Positions 1 to 9,648 of a stretch of 64,000 nucleotides of DNA are shown here, one piece after another. Made by a program: the position numbers and the translations under genes. The stretch is from positions 350,433-414,432 of the forward strand of contig MEUZ01000003.1 in NCBI GenBank assembly GCA_001772615.1, in the 5' to 3' direction. The stretch is from a candidate division WWE3 bacterium RIFCSPHIGHO2_01_FULL_40_23 (GTDB lineage: Bacteria > Patescibacteriota > WWE3 > UBA101185 > 2-01-FULL-41-18). The notes beneath the pieces were generated by a model that saw only the letters and a program-made list of their open reading frames with translations, was not told where the DNA came from and did no database searches. Each line of letters begins with the position of its first letter. Positions within the stretch are counted from its first letter, which is position 1.

Positions 1-2040
1 GGCCGCCCTTGCATATCCAATGGAAAGCTTTCTCTGAAGTAAAGAAGCGGATGCCCGATCACTTGCGGAAACTATCTTCACAGCCTCTTCAAAAAGCTCA
101 TCCGAAGACTCCATAATACTATTTTTCGGCGCAACAGGCTTTACCACCTCCTCTTTATATTCAGGCCTTACTCCGCTGCCCTTCAAAAAGGTTACAAGGT
201 TATTTATTTCTTTATCGGATATAAACACGCCCTGGATTCTAACCGGTTTTGAAGTTTCGGGAGGGACATAAAGCATATCTCCTTTTCCAAGAAGCTTCTC
301 GGATCCTATCGTGTCTATGATTATCCTTGATTCAATCTGGCTTGCAACGGAAAAAGCTACTCTTGTTGGTATATTTGCTTTTATAAGTCCAGTAATGACA
401 TCAACCCTAGGGCTTTGAGTGGATAAAATAAGATGAACTCCTGTTGCTCTTGATAATTGTGCCAGTCTGCATATAGCTTTTTCCATTTCACCCGGAGCAA
501 GAGCCATAAGCTCTGCAAGCTCATCAACAATTATCACAATGTAAGGAAGCGCCTGAAAACCCGACAGCTCGTTATATGCCGAAATGTTTCTCACTTTGGC
601 GTTTTCAAAAAGTTTATACCTTCTTTCCATTTCCGAAACTGCCCATTTAAATGCCATCGGAGCTTTTTCAACATCCGTAATTACGGGAACAAGAAGATGG
701 GGGATATCATTGTAATTAACGAGCTCAACCCTCTTTGGATCAACCAGTATAAACTTGCACTCCGCGGGAGAACATCTGTAAAGAAGTGAGAACAAAATTG
801 AATGAAGAAACACTGACTTTCCTGAACCTGTACTACCCGCGATAAGAATATGGGGCATTTTAGAAATATCCGCGATGCAGGGCTGGCCGGCAACATTATG
901 CCCAAGCGTAATCGTAAGTTTTGATTTTGAAGCCTTCATAATATCCGAAGTGACCATGCCCTTAAATGAAACAATGGCGGTTGAGAAGTTTGGGACCTCA
1001 ATACCTATTAAAGACTTTCCGGGGATGGGGGCTTCTATTCTTACAGAACCCGTGGGAGAAGCCAAAGCCAAGGCTATATCATTTTGAAGATTGGTTACTT
1101 TTGCAATTTTGGTAACGGATGTAATTTCAAGCGCATATTGGGTGACTGCTGGACCAAAGTTAGTTTCTGCAACCCTTGTTTTTATACCAAAAGACGCAAG
1201 AGTCTTTTCTATTACCTGCTTTCTTGCATTAACATCGCCCCTATCTGCGGCCATAGATGAGGGCTCCGAAAGAAGCTCAATGGGCGGATACTCCCACACC
1301 TTATCAGTATAAGGAAGGTTTTGGGGAGAAGATCTTCTCCCATTGAAAGAGCCCCCGTCTCTAACATCAAGAGGCTCTGAAGCGCTTGGTATAACTTCCA
1401 GAAAAGGCCCCTTGCGTTTAGGCCTTTCATAAACTTCCCCATTTGAATCCTCATCCTCACTTGAACTATTTCCGATATTTGCACCGCGGGGAAAAACAGA
1501 GGATGACTCTTTCTGAAAGGAGGGTAAAAAACTAAATTTGGTCTTAAAGTTATCTTTGGTTTTTGAAAGAAACCCAAACATCTGCTCAAATGAAACATCA
1601 AATACCAAAACCGCTGAAATAAGAAGAGCGCACAAAAGAAGCAGAACACCCCCGAAAATTGTTACGCTTCCCCTTAGCATTTCGGACACATTCAGTCCCA
1701 CAAAACCCCCCGCCTCTTCCGAGAAAAAGATGGACGAAAGTGAAGAAATAGCAAGAGTAGCAATAAGAAGCCCAAATAAAACCCTGAAGTCAACAAACTT
1801 CCATTTTAAAAACCTAAACAAAAGAAGCGATATCAGAATAAAAATAAATGGGAGGAAAATGGATCCGTACCCCAAAACCGAAAGCTGGATATCATGAACA
1901 ATTGATAAAAGACTGCCGTTATCGGTAACTAGGGAAATAAGGCTTAAACCCGAAGCAGCCAGAAAAATAACACCCAAGACCGATTTCAGGCTGTCACTTT
2001 TTATCTTAAATTTAAGGGATTTCTTGCGTCCTCTAGGCAT
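1..2040 (-). CDS. ftsK: DNA translocase FtsK/SpoIIIE, 3'-partial (C-terminus runs off the window start)
   Basis: The minus-strand reading frame is continuous from the ATG at 2040..2038 to position 1. The N-terminus is MPRGRKKSLKFKIKSDSLKSVLGVIFLAASGL, a multi-TM region. The motor domain contains Walker A LGHNVAGQPCIADISKMPHILIAGSTGSGKSV at about 960..800. No in-frame stops were found in the stretch I translated. Confidence 0.85.
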   Translation of the reverse strand, partial: MPRGRKKSLKFKIKSDSLKSVLGVIFLAASGLSLISLVTDNGSLLSIVHDIQLSVLGYGSIFLPFIFILISLLLFRFLKWKFVDFRVLFGLLIATLAISSLSSIFFSEEAGGFVGLNVSEMLRGSVTIFGGVLLLLCALLISAVLVFDVSFEQMFGFLSKTKDNFKTKFSFLPSFQKESSSVFPRGANIGNSSSEDEDSNGEVYERPKRKGPFLEVIPSASEPLDVRDGGSFNGRRSSPQNLPYTDKVWEYPPIELLSEPSSMAADRGDVNARKQVIEKTLASFGIKTRVAETNFGPAVTQYALEITSVTKIAKVTNLQNDIALALASPTGSVRIEAPIPGKSLIGIEVPNFSTAIVSFKGMVTSDIMKASKSKLTITLGHNVAGQPCIADISKMPHILIAGSTGSGKSVFLHSILFSLLYRCSPAECKFILVDPKRVELVNYNDIPHLLVPVITDVEKAPMAFKWAVSEMERRYKLFENAKVRNISAYNELSGFQALPYIVIIVDELAELMALAPGEMEKAICRLAQLSRATGVHLILSTQSPRVDVITGLIKANIPTRVAFSVASQIESRIIIDTIGSEKLLGKGDMLYVPPETSKPVRIQGVFISDKEINNLVTFLKGSGVRPEYKEEVVKPVAPKNSIMESSDELFEEAVKIVSASDRASASLLQRKLSIGYARAA

Positions 2041-2150
2041 TAGCCCTATATTATCAAAAACACTCCAAATTGTCTTGTGGTGTCTGTTGATTACTGCGTC
2101 AAAAATGTCATTTCCGATTTTGTTAAAATGACTCAAAGATATTTAGTAAG

Positions 2151-3878
2151 ATGAAGATAAACAAATCGCAGAAAAAATTCATTAAGGCAAACTATAAATA
2201 CCTAACCGCAAAAGAGCCCGCGGAAAAAACGGGGTTAACGGAAAAAGAAATAAATGACCACTTTAAAAAGGAAGGCATGAGGGAAAAGCTGGCTGCTTTA
2301 GACGTAGGAAATATTTTCAAACCAACCTCAATTTCAGAAATCAGGGACTTCTTAATTGAAAACTTCGGTACGATTCTGCTTCTTACCATCACAACTTTTC
2401 TGGTCTTTGCAAACTCGCTTTTAGGGCAGTTTGTATCCGATGATATCGGAGGGTACAGAGACCATCCTTCAGTCAGAGAGCCAATACTTTCACCAAACAA
2501 CTTTTACTCACAAATGATTTTTTACAGAATAATGTTTCGGATTTTTAATCTTGACCCTGTACCTCTTCACTTATCGTCGCTTCTTATACATATTGCTGCT
2601 GTAATCCTTACTTTTATCCTCATTTCAGCTATATTCGGAAAGAGGATCGGGGTAATTTCATCGCTTCTTTTTGCTACCCACCCCGTCAACTCGGAGGCCG
2701 TTGCATGGATTTCATCCCTCAACTACCTTATAAACGGAGCCGTGTTTGGTATAACCTCCCTTCTTTACATACTCTATAGAAATTCGCTTAATAAAAAATA
2801 TCTCCTTTTCTCGCTTGGTTTCTTTTCTTTTTCGGTTTTTTTCACAACAATCCCATGGATTATAACTATCCCGCCTCTCCTTCTTATAATTGATCAATTT
2901 TTCCTTGAAAAAAAGTTTTCTTTTAAAAAAGTTCTTACTATTTCTTTATTTGTTATTCCCATAGCACTCTTTTGGGTATTAAAGGCAGGGTGGATAAGCG
3001 ACAGGGTAATACAAGTTAAGAGCTCCAGAGAGAATCCTTACTCAAACACTCCTTATATAGCAGGCGCCGCATATACGGTAGAAAAAAGCCTTGAACTTCT
3101 TGTATTCCCCAGGGACCTCACCCTTTACCATGAAGGCGAAATAATAGAAAAAACCTACCTTTACTTTATGTACTTTGTAACCGGATCCTTGCTTTTCTTA
3201 TCTGTAATTTTGGTGAGGAAAGGAAGAAAAGTGTCGGGGTTGATCTTATTTTTCATTGTTTCTTTAGGACCGGCCTTAAGCCCGATTCACGTAGCATGGT
3301 ACGCTGCCGAAAGATATATTTACATTGGCTCAATTGCATTCACAGCTCTTTTGGCAATGATATTTCTAAAACTTGAGGAAATTTCCGGAAGGAGAAACAC
3401 GGCGCTGATCCTTACAGGAATACTTGTTTTTGCTTACTCTGTTAGAACTATTATGAGAAACGCTGAATGGCAGACCCCGAAAAAACTTTGGCTTGCAACT
3501 GACAGAGTTTCCCCAAGAAGCCCCAAAGTGCATAACAATCTTGGAGATATTTATTCGCAGGAAGGAAACTTGCAAAAATCCGCCGAAGAATTCTCAAAAG
3601 CAATTTTACTTTCTCCCGAATACACAGATGCCATCCATAACCTTGGGGTAACCTATATCAAAGCCCAAAGATATGACCTTGCAAAACAGGCGCTTTTAAG
3701 AGTTGTTCAAATTGACCCGTACATGGCTCCCGCCTGGGTTAAACTTGGGGCGCTAGAATTCGGAGAAGGAAATAACGACAAGGCAATAGAGTATTTTGAG
3801 AACGCTCTTAAAGCAGATCCGAATAACCAGGACGCTAAAAAACTTCTGGAGAGAATCTTAACTCCTAAACTTCAATGA
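2151..3878 (+). CDS. Multi-pass membrane protein with C-terminal TPR repeats; putative GT-C (PMT/ArnT-like) glycosyltransferase
   Basis: 575 aa. The N-terminal roughly 420 aa is hydrophobic with many TM segments. The C-terminus carries TPR-like repeats (NLGDIYSQEGNLQKSAEEFSKAI..., NLGVTYIKAQRYDLAKQAL..., KLGALEFGEGNNDKAIEYFENALKADPNN). Confidence 0.6.
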   Translation: MKINKSQKKFIKANYKYLTAKEPAEKTGLTEKEINDHFKKEGMREKLAALDVGNIFKPTSISEIRDFLIENFGTILLLTITTFLVFANSLLGQFVSDDIGGYRDHPSVREPILSPNNFYSQMIFYRIMFRIFNLDPVPLHLSSLLIHIAAVILTFILISAIFGKRIGVISSLLFATHPVNSEAVAWISSLNYLINGAVFGITSLLYILYRNSLNKKYLLFSLGFFSFSVFFTTIPWIITIPPLLLIIDQFFLEKKFSFKKVLTISLFVIPIALFWVLKAGWISDRVIQVKSSRENPYSNTPYIAGAAYTVEKSLELLVFPRDLTLYHEGEIIEKTYLYFMYFVTGSLLFLSVILVRKGRKVSGLILFFIVSLGPALSPIHVAWYAAERYIYIGSIAFTALLAMIFLKLEEISGRRNTALILTGILVFAYSVRTIMRNAEWQTPKKLWLATDRVSPRSPKVHNNLGDIYSQEGNLQKSAEEFSKAILLSPEYTDAIHNLGVTYIKAQRYDLAKQALLRVVQIDPYMAPAWVKLGALEFGEGNNDKAIEYFENALKADPNNQDAKKLLERILTPKLQ

Positions 3879-5577
3879 TGCTGACAAGGACCAAAGGCTC
3901 TCTTCCCGTCTTTTTATATAAAAACCTTGAAAGGGCTTTTTCAAGGTTTGATCTGAAAAGCCCCTTGTTCCCATAATCTTTTTTATTCTGACTAAACGCA
4001 TTTCTTACAACATTTGAGGCATCACTGATAAGACTTTGGGATTCTTTCACATAAATAAAGCCTCTTGTTAATATATCAACCGCATTTATCTCCTTATCTT
4101 TTTTAACAGTCACTACTGCCGCCATAATCCCATTTGTTGAAAGGACATTTCTGTCTTCAATAACTTTTTCACCCACATCCCCAACAAGTCTCCCGTCAAC
4201 ATATACATTGGATAAACTTAACCTTTCTCCCTTTTTAGAAGTCCCTCCTGAAAGTAAAATAGAATCCCCTTCAAGAAGCTCAAAGATATTTTCCTTTTTT
4301 ACCCCCATATCCGAAATCATATTTGCATAAGCCCTCATATGCCTTACTGTACCTCCTATTGGCATATAATATTTAGGTTTGCATAAAGCGGCCATTAGTT
4401 TAAGATCACCCTTTAAGCCATGTCCTGAAACGTGCAAATTTCCCTGAATTTCAGATTCAATTACAACCGCTCCATTTAAGATTAATCTGTCTATGAGAGT
4501 TTCCACATCATCTCTGACTCCGGGAGGGTTCGGGTCGGCCGAGAAAACAACATAAGCTCCGTCTAAAAGCTCAATATCCTTATGCTCTCCACGTGAAATT
4601 CTGCCAATTGCCGACTCCGGCTGGCCGTAAGCGCCCGCCACAATATACATAAGTTCAGATTGATTAAATCTTCTGCTTTTTTCTTTGGGGATAAAGGTAT
4701 CCTGGGGAAAGTTAAGATACCCAAGTTTTATTGCAACCTCAACAACCTGGTCAATAGCCCGACCGGAAAAAACCACCTTTCTTCCATGCTTTACCGCGCT
4801 TGAAATAGCCTGCTCAAGCCTTGAGACGTTTGAAGAGACTGTAGTCACAAAAAACTGCTTGCCGTGAGCCGCTTCAAGTAAGGAATCAAAGGAGTCTTCT
4901 ATTGTCTTTTCACTTCTTGCATACCCTTCGGTTGTTGCACCCAAACAGTCGGATAAGAGAAGGGTAACCCCGTTTTGACAAAGCCTTGACACTTTTGCTA
5001 CGTCAAAAGGTTTATCCAAGACAGGTGTCCAGTCAAACTTGTAGTCGGCGCAATGAATTACCATTCCCTGCGGGGTATCAATTGAAATACCGCATGAGTC
5101 TGGAACCGAGTGGTTAACCCTGAAATAATCTACTTTAAAAGGACCAACAGCAACCGGACCTCCTTCAGGATCAACCATCCTTAAACTTGTTCCCGAAAGC
5201 ATATCTTTTTCTTTTAACTTTACCTGTATCAAACCCTGAACAAGCCTTGTCGCGAAAACTGGCATTTTAAGGTCTTTTAAAACAAAAGGTATAGCCCCAA
5301 TATGATCGTCATGCCCATGTGTTACAAATAAAGCTTTAACCTTATGGGAATTTTCAAGTAAGTAGGTAATATCAGGAAGAACGACATCAACCCCAAGCAT
5401 TTCAGCATCAGGAAACCCAATCCCGCAGTCAACGATAATTATGTCGTCACCGTATTCATAAACAGTCATGTTTTTGGTGACGCCCGTTGTCCCGCCAAGA
5501 GTTAAAATTTTTAACGGCAGCTTACCCGAGGTGTTTTGTGAAAACTTCTCCCCTTCCTGCAAAAACTTAAATTTCAT
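3865..5577 (-). CDS. rnj: Ribonuclease J (metallo-beta-lactamase / beta-CASP)
   Basis: 570 aa. Contains ILTLGGTTGVTKNMTVYEYGDDIIIVDCG and THGHDDHIGAIPF (the HxHxDH motif); length and domain order match RNase J. Confidence 0.85.
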   Translation of the reverse strand: MKFKFLQEGEKFSQNTSGKLPLKILTLGGTTGVTKNMTVYEYGDDIIIVDCGIGFPDAEMLGVDVVLPDITYLLENSHKVKALFVTHGHDDHIGAIPFVLKDLKMPVFATRLVQGLIQVKLKEKDMLSGTSLRMVDPEGGPVAVGPFKVDYFRVNHSVPDSCGISIDTPQGMVIHCADYKFDWTPVLDKPFDVAKVSRLCQNGVTLLLSDCLGATTEGYARSEKTIEDSFDSLLEAAHGKQFFVTTVSSNVSRLEQAISSAVKHGRKVVFSGRAIDQVVEVAIKLGYLNFPQDTFIPKEKSRRFNQSELMYIVAGAYGQPESAIGRISRGEHKDIELLDGAYVVFSADPNPPGVRDDVETLIDRLILNGAVVIESEIQGNLHVSGHGLKGDLKLMAALCKPKYYMPIGGTVRHMRAYANMISDMGVKKENIFELLEGDSILLSGGTSKKGERLSLSNVYVDGRLVGDVGEKVIEDRNVLSTNGIMAAVVTVKKDKEINAVDILTRGFIYVKESQSLISDASNVVRNAFSQNKKDYGNKGLFRSNLEKALSRFLYKKTGREPLVLVSIIEV

Positions 5578-5592
5578 AAAAGTAGGTTCATT

Positions 5593-6210
5593 TTAAATTA
5601 GGCTCATCTGCTTGTCATCTTTCTTTTTTATCCCTTTGTCTTCAAAATCTTTAAGGCCCATTATCATCACTTCCTTTATTTTCTTAAACTCCGTTCTTAG
5701 AATCTTCTCAACTGCGGGGTTTCGCAAAGCAGCGGCCGGGTGATATAAAGGAAAAATTATTTTATTTCCCACTTTTTTTGGGACCCCGTGGTCTTTAGAT
5801 ATTTTCCCATCCTTGTCAAAAAACTCAAGGGCAAACCTCCCAAGCGGCACAACCACTTTTGGACTGATTGCTCTAAGTTGTGAGTCAAGGTAAGGCGAGC
5901 AAGCCCTGACCTCATCAACCATAGGATCCCTATTTTCTGGAGGTCTATGTTTGATTATGTTTCCAATCCACACATCTTCTCTTTTTAAGCCGATGCTTCT
6001 TAACATTTCCTCAAGCATTTTACCCGCCCTTCCGACAAAAGGTCTTCCCTGCTGATCTTCATTGTATCCAGGAGCCTCGCCTATAAAGGCAATCTGTGAG
6101 TTAGGGTTTCCTTCACCTGGAACGGCGCGAGTAGCTGATTTACATAGTCTGCATTTTTTGCAGGAAACAACAGCTTTTTCAATTTGCCTTAAAACATCTA
6201 CTTTATTCAT
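5593..6210 (-). CDS. Uracil-DNA glycosylase, family 4
   Basis: 205 aa. Contains CKKCRLCKS...GEGNPNSQIAFIGEAPG...GRPFVGRAG, a family-4 UDG Fe-S type signature. Confidence 0.8.
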   Translation of the reverse strand: MNKVDVLRQIEKAVVSCKKCRLCKSATRAVPGEGNPNSQIAFIGEAPGYNEDQQGRPFVGRAGKMLEEMLRSIGLKREDVWIGNIIKHRPPENRDPMVDEVRACSPYLDSQLRAISPKVVVPLGRFALEFFDKDGKISKDHGVPKKVGNKIIFPLYHPAAALRNPAVEKILRTEFKKIKEVMIMGLKDFEDKGIKKKDDKQMSLI

Positions 6211-6297
6211 GAATTTAAGTTAAAGTGTATCATAAGCCATCATTTGAGCGTTGGCTAAGATTAATATAGTATGGGTAAAAACAGAAAGGAGACGGAC

Positions 6298-6564
6298 ATG
6301 AACACCACTTACATATGTTTGTCATCAACTGTAATTGGGATCATCTCGTTTGTGATCTTCAGCTATGGATTCGCAAAACACATGCAGGAAAAAATAGCTG
6401 GCGACCCCGATCTAAGCGATAGCGAAAGAGAGGAATCACTAACTTTCCTAAGAAAGTGGAAATTTGCGGCCCCCATTGGTCTTCTACTCTTTATGGGTGT
6501 GTTTGCATACGGAACATTGTTTGAACCCCCAGAGGCACCGCACCAGCATAAGAAAGGAGTTTAG
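6298..6564 (+). CDS. Small two-TM membrane protein, hypothetical (higher GC)
   Basis: The ATG at 6298 is preceded by aaaggagacggac. Two hydrophobic helices. Locally elevated GC. Confidence 0.5.
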   Translation: MNTTYICLSSTVIGIISFVIFSYGFAKHMQEKIAGDPDLSDSEREESLTFLRKWKFAAPIGLLLFMGVFAYGTLFEPPEAPHQHKKGV

Positions 6565-6565
6565 C

Positions 6566-6853
6566 ATGGCTGCCTGGTGGAACGAACTTTCTGCCATGAC
6601 AAGGGGGGCCATCATTACGGGGAGCATTATCTCCTACATTCTGATGGCCGTTCTGTATTTTCTCCTCTGGCTTGGTGGGGTGCTCGCCGAAGCGGAGAGG
6701 ACAGGGGGCGATACACATGAACCGATGCTCACCTACACTGAAGCTTTCCTGGCCGTAGTTTGCTTTATTCTTGCTCCGGTGGCGGTGTGGCCTCTCTTGC
6801 TCTACTCCCTCTACGTGATTTGGAAAGACGCAAGAAAAATAACCAAAGCTTGA
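6566..6853 (+). CDS. Small multi-TM membrane protein, hypothetical (higher GC)
   Basis: The ATG at 6566 is preceded by agaaaggagtttagc. The start overlaps the stop of the upstream ORF (translational coupling). Followed by the terminator at 6859-6890. Confidence 0.5.
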   Translation: MAAWWNELSAMTRGAIITGSIISYILMAVLYFLLWLGGVLAEAERTGGDTHEPMLTYTEAFLAVVCFILAPVAVWPLLLYSLYVIWKDARKITKA

Positions 6854-6858
6854 CCTCA

Positions 6859-6890
6859 AACCCGCCAGTCTGACACCCGGCGGGTTTTTC
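6859..6890 (+). terminator. Intrinsic terminator
   Basis: Stem cccgcc / ggcggg with a loop, then TTTTT. Confidence 0.6.
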
Positions 6891-6967
6891 AAATACAAAT
6901 GAAGGCATGCTTACTTTCGTACTGGAAGAAGAGGTTTAACTTCCACAGGTCTGTTGCTAAAATAATC

Positions 6968-8122
6968 CTTATGGAAAGCTATACTGCCATAGTTGTAGGA
7001 GGGGGTCCATCAGGTCTTGAATGCGCGCGGGAACTTAGCAAGCTCGGGCACAAAGTTCTGGTTTTAGAAAGATCAAAAATACCTGGAGAGCCAAACTTCT
7101 CTACGGGGGGAACACCTTTAGAAACGATTAATGAATACAACATTCCACTAAGCGTAACAAAAGATTATTTCAATAAAATTTCCCTAATAACTAATATTGA
7201 GAAGGCTGTTTTTACAAATGATTTTCCCGCAGGGTATGTTCTTGATTTCAGAGAGTTTAAAAAGCATCTTGCCGATGAAATTAGAAAAGGTCATGGATGG
7301 ACTGTTTATGGGTCTGACATCACAAATGTAAAGTTTGAAAGAGGCAAGATCAAAAGCCTTTCATTCGTGGTGGACGGACATCAAAAAGAGGTGTCCGCAA
7401 AGTACTTTATTGACGCAACGGCTAAGGAAGGAGCTTTAGTTTCAAAACTTGGATTAAGAAATCATAAAAACCATAAAACTACAACCGGCATTGAATACAT
7501 TGTTAAAGTTAAACTAGACGATTTTTACAAAAACAACCTCTGTATCTTTCTGGGGGGAAAGTACCTTCCCGACGGTTACGCCTGGGTTTTCCCTTTCGGG
7601 ACTGATACTTATAAAATTGGCGTGATTGTGTATGACGGGAAGGAAAGCGACTTTCAAAAACCTGAAGGGGGATACCTTGACTCTTTTTTACAATCAATTT
7701 CGAAGAATGGATTTGAGATACTTGAAAAACATGGAGGAACGCTTATTTTAACAAACGGTTTTAAGAGAAACGTTTGGGGAAACATAATATCTGTCGGCGA
7801 TAACGCGGGTATGTGCAATCCGTTATTCGCCGAAGGGATCAGGCACGCGCTTTTCAGCGGGAGATTAGCCGCAAGAATCATAGATAAAACGGAAAGGGGA
7901 AATTTAGAAATCAACCACCTGCTTAATTACGATGCACAACTAAATAAATACAAAGGAAGCTCATGGGGTATAGGCAGGTTCTTTGCAGACCTCCTATATC
8001 ACACTAAAAACGACAAGCTAAAGGACCTCCTGACAAAAAGGGTTTCCAAGCTTTCATGTAATGACGTGATAGACACCGGCTTTGAATACAATTTCTCCTC
8101 ACTCCTTAAACTCCTCAAATAA
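6968..8122 (+). CDS. FAD-dependent oxidoreductase, geranylgeranyl reductase family
   Basis: MESYTAIVVGGGPSGLECARELSKLGHKVLVLER is a Rossmann dinucleotide-binding N-terminus. About 385 aa. The alternative upstream ATG at 6899 is less likely. Confidence 0.7.
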   Translation, partial: LMESYTAIVVGGGPSGLECARELSKLGHKVLVLERSKIPGEPNFSTGGTPLETINEYNIPLSVTKDYFNKISLITNIEKAVFTNDFPAGYVLDFREFKKHLADEIRKGHGWTVYGSDITNVKFERGKIKSLSFVVDGHQKEVSAKYFIDATAKEGALVSKLGLRNHKNHKTTTGIEYIVKVKLDDFYKNNLCIFLGGKYLPDGYAWVFPFGTDTYKIGVIVYDGKESDFQKPEGGYLDSFLQSISKNGFEILEKHGGTLILTNGFKRNVWGNIISVGDNAGMCNPLFAEGIRHALFSGRLAARIIDKTERGNLEINHLLNYDAQLNKYKGSSWGIGRFFADLLYHTKNDKLKDLLTKRVSKLSCNDVIDTGFEYNFSSLLKLLK

Positions 8123-8160
8123 AAACCGCCCCTTGAGAAACCAAAGAGCGGTCATAGACC

Positions 8161-9171
8161 TTACACAATCATGCTAGCAACACTTTCGAGTGTGCCATCC
8201 GGAAGCGTAAGAGCCTGAATAAACTTTCCTGCAAGCGGTAGGCGTGAAGCTGCAATCTGATGAAAAGGATCAATCAGGCTGTTGACCACACAACCACAAT
8301 GGGAGCAGTCCGCTTCAGGGCCAAAGATACACTGCCCCTTGGGCTTCCCGTGAAAGTCGTAGGATATAACCCTGTTGGCGATTGCACACATTGCAGGCGA
8401 ATACGTAGCAGTATGATCCGGATGCAAAGTGCCAATTTGCGCTTCACTCATATTGATCCTCGCACCCATCTGCCGAAGCTTGAGGAGAAGCTCCACAAAG
8501 TCTGCTCTTTGCGCATCGGTCGGAGCCCAATCGGGAAGGCTTTCCCCAATGGGAGGTGTGGCGGTACTAAATACCATCCCATCAATCCCAGGGAAACCAT
8601 CCAGCTGCCAAATCAACCTTTCCATCTCTCCCGCGTTGGCGCTCATAAGCACCGTGTGGCTGAAGACTGGGAAAACATGGCCTAAAGCACTAGCTTTCTC
8701 ACGCCCTAAAAGTATTTGGCGTCTTGCCCTATCAGCCAAACCTGGAACGCCCCTCAAACGGTTATGCATCTCATCAGGCCCATCAATACTCACAACGTAG
8801 GTCACGGGAGATTGCCTTCCATTCTTTACGAAAGTTCCCATCTCGTAGAAGAAGGTTGTAATAATCCATGTGATCGGCGTGATCCCGACAACATGATGAA
8901 GCTCTTTCCTTCGCGCTCCAGGTTCACCTCCTACTATGGTCAGGTGAACCGCCCCTGCTTTAACTGCATCCGAGATAATCTTTACCCAACCCTCAATGGG
9001 GAGCCCGTGAGGGCCCGATTTAATCACCGGCACGTAGCAATCAGGGCATTCCATAGGGCAAACCTGGGTTATCTCAACCGATAAGCCCATGTACCCATTA
9101 GCCCCAAGTCTTGAAACCGGAGTAGCCAGCCTTGCCAAAGTCATAAAGTTATGCCAGCTTGACATCTTCAC
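8161..9171 (-). CDS. Radical SAM protein with a C-terminal auxiliary Cys cluster (twitch/SPASM-like)
   Basis: CPMECPDCY has CxxxCxxC spacing. The C-terminal cysteines lie in MCAIANRV, GQCIFGP and ADCSHCGC. Markedly higher GC than neighbouring genes. Confidence 0.65.
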   Translation of the reverse strand: MKMSSWHNFMTLARLATPVSRLGANGYMGLSVEITQVCPMECPDCYVPVIKSGPHGLPIEGWVKIISDAVKAGAVHLTIVGGEPGARRKELHHVVGITPITWIITTFFYEMGTFVKNGRQSPVTYVVSIDGPDEMHNRLRGVPGLADRARRQILLGREKASALGHVFPVFSHTVLMSANAGEMERLIWQLDGFPGIDGMVFSTATPPIGESLPDWAPTDAQRADFVELLLKLRQMGARINMSEAQIGTLHPDHTATYSPAMCAIANRVISYDFHGKPKGQCIFGPEADCSHCGCVVNSLIDPFHQIAASRLPLAGKFIQALTLPDGTLESVASMIV

Positions 9172-9306
9172 TCTCCTTTCGCATTTTGGTTTTGGCTAAT
9201 GTTACTATAAATTATCACAATTACAAACTTTGTATAATCACTCGTGAGTTTAATTTAAGGATAATAACAAACCTGATATAATAAGGCTTAGAAAGGAGTG
9301 ACACCC

Positions 9307-9567
9307 GTGGAGATAAACGCACTAACAATTGGTGCAGCTTATGTTGTTATAAACTACATTGTTGTGGGGATAGTCGTCGGTAGCTTACTTTACGAACTCA
9401 TGAAAGAAGTTCGCAAGAAGAAAGCATATAGTGGGGTGGACTGGAGAACACATGCGCCCAGCCGGTGGGAAATGCCAGCTCTTATCACGGCTTTTGCACT
9501 TTCCCCAATTTCATTACCTGCTTCTTTCCTCCTGCTCCTGTTCCTTCTGGAATATGCACCGGGGTAG
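9307..9567 (+). CDS. Small membrane protein, hypothetical (higher GC)
   Basis: GTG start with aaaggag 7 nt upstream. Hydrophobic. Followed by a terminator. Confidence 0.45.
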   Translation: MEINALTIGAAYVVINYIVVGIVVGSLLYELMKEVRKKKAYSGVDWRTHAPSRWEMPALITAFALSPISLPASFLLLLFLLEYAPG

Positions 9568-9585
9568 CAGGAACGCGAGAGTTAA

Positions 9586-9628
9586 AACAGCCCCTAAAAT
9601 CAGGTGAACCAAGAGGGCTGTTTTTTAT
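9586..9628 (+). terminator. Intrinsic terminator
   Basis: Stem cagccc ... gggctg, then TTTTTT. Confidence 0.5.
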
Positions 9629-9648
9629 TCTTCTGTTAAAATGCCTGT

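Noticed and set aside
457-1897. Plus-strand ORFs 457-789, 875-1087, 1091-1312 and 1538-1897, and minus-strand ORFs 681-905 and 1212-1649
   Set aside because: All lie inside or antisense to the continuous FtsK reading frame (minus strand, 2040 to 1), which has unmistakable Walker A and motor-domain sequence. They have no motifs of their own.
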